In this document: positions 16,475 through 22,328 of the stretch, one piece after another
How the letters are laid out: every line of letters begins with the position of its first letter
Numbering within the stretch: position 1 is the stretch's first letter
Assembly: GCA_964603745.1 (NCBI GenBank)
Contig: CAZRWZ010000004.1
Span: 1 to 32,933, forward strand
Length of the DNA: 32,933 nucleotides
Source: an uncultured Bacteroidaceae bacterium
GTDB lineage: Bacteria > Bacteroidota > Bacteroidia > Bacteroidales > JAFGXI01
Reading direction: 5' to 3'
Notes under the pieces: generated by a model
The model's input: only the letters and a program-made list of their open reading frames with translations
Told to the model about the DNA's origin: nothing
Databases searched by the model: none
Translations under genes and position numbers: made by a program

Positions 16475-17383
16475 ATGAGATTAAATAAAAATACATTTTA
16501 CAAAATTTTATCATCAATAATTGGTGCTATATTTATTTTTTCTGCATTTAGCAAACTTGCCGATATTAAGCATTTTACAAATATAATTTTGCAATATGAA
16601 ATAGATATTTTTGTTTATACAATTCCTTTTTTAATTATAGCTGAAATTTTTATTGGAGTAGAAATGTTTTTTCATTTAAATATTAAAAGAAATAGTTTTT
16701 TATCTATTATTTTACTATTTTTTTTAAGCTTAATTTACACCTATGGCTTTGCTATTAAAGGAGTAGAAGACTGTGGCTGTTTTGGCAGCAGCTTGCAAAT
16801 GAGTGCTGTTTTTGTTTTTATTAGAAATGTAGTTTTAATATTTTTTTCAATATTAATTTATAAAAATACAGAGCAAGAAAAAGAAGATAAATTCAGAAAA
16901 ACTATTGCATTAATTGTTTTAGGATTCGGGGTGTTTTTTACGGGTAATTATTTTAGGCTGCCGTCAAATATAAATGTAGTAAAGCCATCGGAACCAGAAC
17001 TTTTGCACAAAAATATTAATAACACTGAGTTTGCAGATTCCTATAAGTTTGATTCCGATTCAACATATATAATTTTTGCTTTTTCTTATTCTTGCCCACA
17101 TTGTTTAAATTCTATTGAAAACGTAAAAAATTATAATCATATTAACGGAATTGACAAAGTAGTATTTTTTAGTACAGGTAGCATAAATGCAAAAATAGAA
17201 TTTAATAAATATTTCAATATCACAGGTATCCCAAATATTGAAAATAGAATAACAGAAAAAACTGTTACAAGTTTTCCCACAAGTTTTATTGTTAGAAATA
17301 ACAAAATTGTGAACATATATGTAGGAGCATTACCTTCAAATTTTGTATTTTCTAAAAAATATCTTAATTTCACAGAGAATTAA
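16475..17383 (+). CDS. MauE/DoxX-like membrane domain fused to a thioredoxin-fold domain (CPHC active site)
   Basis: Four N-terminal hydrophobic helices contain the MauE-type CGCFG motif (GVEDCGCFGSSLQ). A fifth TM segment (TIALIVLGFGVFFTG) follows. Then comes a thioredoxin fold with YIIFAFSYSCPHCLNS and the cis-Pro motif SFPTSFIV. The track starts at TTG 16466; I prefer the ATG at 16475 (MRLNKNTFYK...). Confidence 0.85.
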   Translation: MRLNKNTFYKILSSIIGAIFIFSAFSKLADIKHFTNIILQYEIDIFVYTIPFLIIAEIFIGVEMFFHLNIKRNSFLSIILLFFLSLIYTYGFAIKGVEDCGCFGSSLQMSAVFVFIRNVVLIFFSILIYKNTEQEKEDKFRKTIALIVLGFGVFFTGNYFRLPSNINVVKPSEPELLHKNINNTEFADSYKFDSDSTYIIFAFSYSCPHCLNSIENVKNYNHINGIDKVVFFSTGSINAKIEFNKYFNITGIPNIENRITEKTVTSFPTSFIVRNNKIVNIYVGALPSNFVFSKKYLNFTEN

Positions 17384-17395
17384 ATTTAATATAAT

Positions 17396-17626
17396 ATGAA
17401 TAAAAATATAAAAAAGTTTATTGTAATAATAACCGGAGCTGTAATGGTTCTTTCATTATCAACACTTAATTCTTGTGAAAAAGATGATAATTCCGAATAT
17501 GTATCTTGTGGCAGTATGACATGCTCTTCAGCAGAACCTTATTCAAATGAATATGCCAGTGGTTGTTATGCTACACAAAGTGATTGTGAAAATGCTACAG
17601 GGCATTCTTGTAAAAATTGCGACTAA
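17396..17626 (+). CDS. small Cys-rich lipoprotein (76-aa precursor, predicted 50-aa mature lipopeptide)
   Basis: MNKNIKKFIVIITGAVMVLSLSTLNS|C gives an n-region, a hydrophobic core and a lipobox. The mature part CEKDDNSEYVSCGSMTCSSAEPYSNEYASGCYATQSDCENATGHSCKNCD has six further Cys. The ORF starts 12 nt after the preceding gene's stop, on the same strand. Confidence 0.7.
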   Translation: MNKNIKKFIVIITGAVMVLSLSTLNSCEKDDNSEYVSCGSMTCSSAEPYSNEYASGCYATQSDCENATGHSCKNCD

Positions 17627-17820
17627 GTGTCTGTACATAAAGTCTGTTTTTAACTTTACACCTGTTTTAAAAATCACAGCCTAAGCAACTATAATCCTAT
17701 AAATCAATATTTTATGTTTGCAAACAAACACTAAATATATTAAATCAGTTTGTTATTTTACAATAATGGTCTATTTTTCACGTTATAAATTCAATATTAA
17801 CCATAAAAACCGATTTTAAA

Positions 17821-19008
17821 ATGAAAAAATTACTACTTAGTATCTTTGCTATATCATTATATTTTATAGCTTCAGCACAAACAACTTCAACATCAAATTA
17901 TCAAGACAGATGGCAATATTATTTTAATTTATATGATTCTTATACATCTGGAGTTGCTAATTTATCAATATATGGATATTTAGAACAAAATAAAGATGTA
18001 AAATCATTAAAACAAACAGCATATAAGTATAAAAACGGTAAACGAGTAAAAACACCATATTATTCAATAGAATCTATATTTGATGATGGTCTTTTAACAG
18101 ATTATAAATCATATAAAAATGAAGTTTTACAGCAAGAATATAGATATAATTACAATAGCGATGGGTATTATACTAATTATAAGTATTTAAAAAAGGGGAA
18201 ATTAATTAGAGAAGAAAAAAGAGAATATAATGACTCTAACAAGGTTTTAAAATTTGAAAATTTTAAGAATGATAAATTAAAATCTAATTATGTTGTTCAA
18301 TATATGAATTACACCAAAATTGTAAAGAAAGATAATTTTAGAAAAGACAACACAGAGCCCTATTATACTTGGATTTACGATTACTATGCAGATGGCAAGA
18401 AAAAAATGTCGGAATATTATAAAAATGGTAAGCTAAAAAGAAGATATTTATACACTTGTGATGACGAAGGTAAGGAAGTAAAAGACACAGTAAAAACAAG
18501 TAAGATATGTTATATAACAGAGTATAATGCCGATAGCTCTTATGTGAAGATTTTCAGAAATACCGATAGTAAAGGAAAAATTAGAAAACAACGATATACT
18601 TACAATAAAAACAATAAATTATTATCTTACGAAAGTATAAATGCTAAAGGGATAACAACTTATAAATATTCTTATGAATACGATAACAATGGTAATAAAA
18701 TAAATTATGCTTATTACAAAAAATCGAAACTATTTCTGAAACAAGATTTTAAATACAATGCCAATAACAAACTTGTTGAAACAATTATGTATAATGGTAA
18801 ATTAAAGTATCTAAACAAAACTACACAGAAAAGAGACGAAAAAGATAGAATTATAGAAATATGCAACTATAATTCTAAAAATAATATTGTAACAAAAACC
18901 CAATATCAATACGATGAAAAAGGAAATAAAACAAGAAAAATAGTTTATAAAAAAGAAGCAATAAAAACAGAATATAACTATATTTACAATTATATTAAAA
19001 AATCATAA
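17821..19008 (+). CDS. secreted K/Y/N-rich repeat protein with YD-repeat-like units
   Basis: Signal peptide MKKLLLSIFAISLYFIASA|Q. Recurrent units such as YKYSYEYDNNGNKINYAYY, TQYQYDEKGNKTRKIVY, YYKNGKLKRRYLYTCDDEGKEV and RYTYNKNNKLLSYESINAKG resemble the Y-x-Y-D-x-x-G-N/R core of YD/RHS repeats, and are partly MORN-variant-like. Confidence 0.8.
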   Translation: MKKLLLSIFAISLYFIASAQTTSTSNYQDRWQYYFNLYDSYTSGVANLSIYGYLEQNKDVKSLKQTAYKYKNGKRVKTPYYSIESIFDDGLLTDYKSYKNEVLQQEYRYNYNSDGYYTNYKYLKKGKLIREEKREYNDSNKVLKFENFKNDKLKSNYVVQYMNYTKIVKKDNFRKDNTEPYYTWIYDYYADGKKKMSEYYKNGKLKRRYLYTCDDEGKEVKDTVKTSKICYITEYNADSSYVKIFRNTDSKGKIRKQRYTYNKNNKLLSYESINAKGITTYKYSYEYDNNGNKINYAYYKKSKLFLKQDFKYNANNKLVETIMYNGKLKYLNKTTQKRDEKDRIIEICNYNSKNNIVTKTQYQYDEKGNKTRKIVYKKEAIKTEYNYIYNYIKKS

Positions 19009-19011
19009 ACA

Positions 19012-19773
19012 ATGAAAAAATTACCACTTAGTATTCTTGCTATTTTTATTCTAATAATTTCGGCAAGTTCGTTTCAATCAAAAAAAGAACAACCTGATAT
19101 TGATTTTCCTGGTACAGTTTATACAAACGACAATTTGTATTTTGGCAAATATGAAGTATCGAATATAGAATGGAGAAATTACATGCACAGCATTAAACAA
19201 GAAAAAGGCGAGCATTCTTTAGACTACAAAAATACTTTGCCAGATACCTCTATATGGGACGGAGCCGATTATAGTTTTAGGGATATTTATCTTAGACACC
19301 CTAATTTTTCTGATTTCCCTGTTATAGGTATACGTGAAGATCAGGCTATAGCATTTTGTAAATGGAAAACAAAAGTGGTACAAGAAATGTTCGAAAAAGA
19401 AAAGAAAAAACATCCTAAAATGTATCTTCCAAAATTTGTATATCGCTTACCTACCAAGTCAGAATGGATATTTGTTGCAAAAACAAATTATAGCGACAAA
19501 ACAAAAAAAGAAATGGAGAAAGCTTTTAAAAAAGACCCTTCAATAGATACCCGAAACCTTAAAAAGATTGCCTCAACTAAAATGTTTTGGCCAAATTCTT
19601 ATGGCATTTGTGCTATGAGAAATAATGTTTCAGAATTTGTAAAAGACAAATACACAGCAATGGGTGGAAACTTTACGCTAAGCTCTAACGAAGCACTTTC
19701 TCCATTAAAGGCATATCCTATTACAAGAGAAAAATGGCTTGGATTTAGATACATTTGCGAAATTATTGAGTAA
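19012..19773 (+). CDS. secreted FGE-sulfatase (SUMF1)-fold domain protein
   Basis: Signal peptide MKKLPLSILAIFILIISASS. Family motifs occur in order: YFGKYEVSNIEWRNYM, FPVIGIREDQAIAFCKWKT, YRLPTKSEWIFVAK, NSYGICAMRNNVSEFVKD...MGGNF. It starts 3 nt after the previous stop. Confidence 0.8.
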   Translation: MKKLPLSILAIFILIISASSFQSKKEQPDIDFPGTVYTNDNLYFGKYEVSNIEWRNYMHSIKQEKGEHSLDYKNTLPDTSIWDGADYSFRDIYLRHPNFSDFPVIGIREDQAIAFCKWKTKVVQEMFEKEKKKHPKMYLPKFVYRLPTKSEWIFVAKTNYSDKTKKEMEKAFKKDPSIDTRNLKKIASTKMFWPNSYGICAMRNNVSEFVKDKYTAMGGNFTLSSNEALSPLKAYPITREKWLGFRYICEIIE

Positions 19774-19824
19774 TTAACTTCTGGGGACTTCTATCATAAA
19801 AGTATTTAAAAATTATTTAGGGTC

Positions 19825-19872
19825 TGTTCATAAACTCAAGAGATTGAACTATAAAGTTTGAGTTTATGGACA
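19825..19872 (+). terminator. strong 15-bp stem-loop downstream of the FGE-fold gene (candidate terminator or protein-binding inverted repeat)
   Basis: tgttcataaactcaa (19825-19839) pairs with ttgagtttatggaca (19858-19872): 14 Watson-Crick pairs + 1 G-U, 18-nt loop. The T-rich run (ctatttta) starts only 6-7 nt after the stem, so terminator function is not certain. Confidence 0.35.
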
Positions 19873-19971
19873 AGTCGCTATTTTAATAAAATAATTAATA
19901 GAAATTCCCTAAAATAAAAAAATAACATATATTTGCATGTTAGTTCATCATATTAAAAGTATAAATACATT

Positions 19972-20553
19972 ATGCAAGAAAAGAAAGATATTTTTTGGGG
20001 AGAAGAGTGGCAACCTGTACAACTTAAAGATATTAAAAAAGAGAGTAGATATGAAATCTCTAATTATGGAAGATTAAGACGTTGGCGAGAAGATTTAAAC
20101 AGATGGAATATGTTATCTACAAACGCAGGAGAAAACACACCATACACATATTATTCTTTTTCTACTGAATTAGGTTGGAAAGTAAGAAAAAGTAAAAGTT
20201 TACATATCTGTGTAGCAGAAAATTTTTGCCATAAACCTTCAGAACAACATAGGTTTGTTATTCATTTAGACTACAATAAACATAACAACAAAGCCTCTAA
20301 TTTACAATGGGCTACAAGAGATATGTTAACTACACATATGAATAACAGTCCGTATAATATACAAAGAAAACAAGGCTTAGATAAAATACCTAGTAATGCA
20401 AAATTAACTGCAACAAAAGTAATAAGGTTAAAAAAGAAACTAGCTAGAGGAAAAATACCTTACTATAAATTAGCTAAAGAATTTGGTATTTCACATACTC
20501 AACTTAAAAGAATTAGACGAGGAGAGAATTGGGGCGATATTACCATAGATTAA
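19972..20553 (+). CDS. NUMOD4 / HNH_3-type homing-endonuclease-like protein with C-terminal helix-turn-helix
   Basis: N-terminus EEWQPVQLKDIKKESRYEISNYGRLRR (NUMOD4 pattern E-W-x-x-I...YEVSNxGxV). Middle VIHLDYNKHNNKASNLQWATR (HNH_3 pattern H-x-D-G-N-K-x-N-N...NLEW). C-terminus KLTATKVIRLKKKLARGKIPYYKLAKEFGISHTQLKRIRRGENWGDI (HTH typical of this class). Confidence 0.8.
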   Translation: MQEKKDIFWGEEWQPVQLKDIKKESRYEISNYGRLRRWREDLNRWNMLSTNAGENTPYTYYSFSTELGWKVRKSKSLHICVAENFCHKPSEQHRFVIHLDYNKHNNKASNLQWATRDMLTTHMNNSPYNIQRKQGLDKIPSNAKLTATKVIRLKKKLARGKIPYYKLAKEFGISHTQLKRIRRGENWGDITID

Positions 20554-20580
20554 TCTCTTGACTTTATATACAGGCACTAG

Positions 20581-22305
20581 CTAAGATTTCTCAATCCAAT
20601 CTCCATTTTCTTTTATTAAACTAATTAGCTCGCTTAAGGCATTTTCTTGAGATATATTTTTTTTAATAATTTTTTGTCCTTTATATAAATGTACTTTATT
20701 TTCTAAACTACCCACATACCCATAGTCGGCATCTGCCATTTCGCCAGGACCATTTACAACACAGCCCATAACAGCAATTTTTAATCCTTTTAAATGGGCA
20801 GTTTTTGCCTTTACTCTATTTGTAATTTCCTCAATATTAAATTTTGTTCTTCCGCAAGTAGGACAAGAAATAAATTCAGTTTTGCTTATTCTTAGTTTTG
20901 TTGCTTGCAAAATACCAAACATCAATTCTAAAATTTCTTTATCTTCTGTTTTTTTATTTAATACCCATATTCCTTGGGCAAGTTTATCAATTAATATTGA
21001 GCCAAAATCGCCCGAAGCATTAATTATAAAATTATCGTTAGTGTTATTATAATCTTTTTTTAGAATTATTGGAGTTTTGTTTATTTTCGATTTTATTTGA
21101 TAATATTTTTCTCGTAAACAGAATATATCATTGCAATCACCTAAATCTAAGATAATTACTGCTGTTTTATCTTTTTCTATAAACTTTACATCTGTTTTAA
21201 GCAACTCATTAATTGTGCAAATTATAAAGTTGTATTTTTCTGATTTTTTATTAGTTTCAATAAATTCTTTTATAAAAAAAACAGGAAAAACATTTTTCTT
21301 TTCTGTCCAAATATTATTTTCACATAAATATTTTCTATTATTATTTTCGGCAAGTTTAATATCATTAATAAAAACAAAATCGGCAAATTGCGAATTTTCT
21401 GTTTTGGTATGGCTATCAGAAATTACAATATATTTATTCTCAACTAATTTAGAAACAGGTTTAATTAACTGAAATTTAACAGATTTTTTTTTATCAGAAA
21501 AGAGCTCTATAATTTTTTTTGCCACAGGAATTTCTTTAATCGGATTTTCGGTTAAAGAAACTCTAATTGTATCGCCAATTCCTTCGGAAAGCAAGCTTGC
21601 ATTTCCTATCGTAGATTTTATTCGTGCATCTAAGCCATTACCTGCTTCGGTTACACCCAAATGTTGAGGAAATATAAGATTGTTTTCAATCATTTTAGAC
21701 TGCAAAAGCCGACTTGATTCAATCATAATTCTAACATCTCCTGCTTTCATAGAAACTACAATATTATAAAAATTATGTTTTACAAAAATTTCTATAAATT
21801 CCCAAGCTGCTTCTACCATTCCTACGGGAGTATTACCATATTTTTCTAAAATTTGTTTAGATAAGGAGCCATAATTTGAGCCAATTCTAATGGCAGTATT
21901 ATATTTTTTACAAGATTCTATTAGTGTGATTAAACTTTTTTCTAATTCAGATTTATTTCCTGTTTTATTATAATTTCCCGGATTTATTCTAATTTTTTCA
22001 ACAGTTTTAGAAGCAATTAGTGCAGCATGTGGTTTAAAATGAATATCTGCAATTAATGGTTTGTTATAGTCTGCGGCAATAAGTTTATGTTTTATTTCTT
22101 TTAGTTTAGTTGCTTCTTTTTCTGTTTGGGCTGTAATTCTTACAAGTTCAGCTCCTTTGTCAAATAGTTGTTTACATTGCAATACAGTTTCATCAATATT
22201 ATTTGTGTCGGTGTTTGTCATAGTTTGCACCACAACATCATTATCCTTACCAAGCTTTATTTTACCTATTTCTACTTCCACTATCTTGCAAAAAAAAGAG
22301 GTCAA
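20581..22305 (-). CDS. ispG: 4-hydroxy-3-methylbut-2-en-1-yl diphosphate synthase, long form with inserted domain
   Basis: N-terminal TIM-barrel motifs (VVVQTMTNTDT...RITAQ), Fe-S ligand motifs FISCPTCGRT and MGCVVNGPGEMADADYG, and a ~200-aa insertion between them, as in Bacteroidota/Chlamydia/plant IspG. The start is uncertain. The TTG at 22305 lies inside the upstream terminator hairpin; a GTG at 22281 (VEVEIGKIKLG...) is an alternative. Confidence 0.93.
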   Translation of the reverse strand: MTSFFCKIVEVEIGKIKLGKDNDVVVQTMTNTDTNNIDETVLQCKQLFDKGAELVRITAQTEKEATKLKEIKHKLIAADYNKPLIADIHFKPHAALIASKTVEKIRINPGNYNKTGNKSELEKSLITLIESCKKYNTAIRIGSNYGSLSKQILEKYGNTPVGMVEAAWEFIEIFVKHNFYNIVVSMKAGDVRIMIESSRLLQSKMIENNLIFPQHLGVTEAGNGLDARIKSTIGNASLLSEGIGDTIRVSLTENPIKEIPVAKKIIELFSDKKKSVKFQLIKPVSKLVENKYIVISDSHTKTENSQFADFVFINDIKLAENNNRKYLCENNIWTEKKNVFPVFFIKEFIETNKKSEKYNFIICTINELLKTDVKFIEKDKTAVIILDLGDCNDIFCLREKYYQIKSKINKTPIILKKDYNNTNDNFIINASGDFGSILIDKLAQGIWVLNKKTEDKEILELMFGILQATKLRISKTEFISCPTCGRTKFNIEEITNRVKAKTAHLKGLKIAVMGCVVNGPGEMADADYGYVGSLENKVHLYKGQKIIKKNISQENALSELISLIKENGDWIEKS

Positions 22306-22320
22306 AAAAAAATGACCTCT
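22290..22320 (-). terminator. intrinsic terminator of the MORN-repeat gene
   Basis: On the minus strand: agaggtca (22320-22313), loop tttttttt, tgacctct (22304-22297), followed by ttttttt (22296-22290). This is an 8-bp stem + U-tract placed 8 nt after the stop at 22329-22331. Confidence 0.8.
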
Positions 22321-22328
22321 AAATATTT

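Noticed and set aside
17627-17680. Intrinsic terminator after the Cys-rich peptide gene
   Set aside because: Only a 6-bp all-AT stem (taaagt/acttta) can be drawn. Termination here cannot be supported from sequence, so the transcript end of the first module is left open.
15141-20580. Mobile-element boundaries (att-like direct repeats, IS ends) around the accessory block
   Set aside because: No flanking direct or inverted repeats longer than chance, and no integrase or transposase, were seen by eye. The block is reported only as accessory-looking, not as a mobile element.
21484-21492. T9 homopolymer inside ispG (also the A/T runs at 21521-21528 and 29563-29571) as slipped-strand phase-variation sites
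   Set aside because: They encode Lys runs (DKKKS, AKKI, KKK) in essential or ordinary genes of a very AT-rich genome. There is no evidence of frameshifted alternative ORFs.
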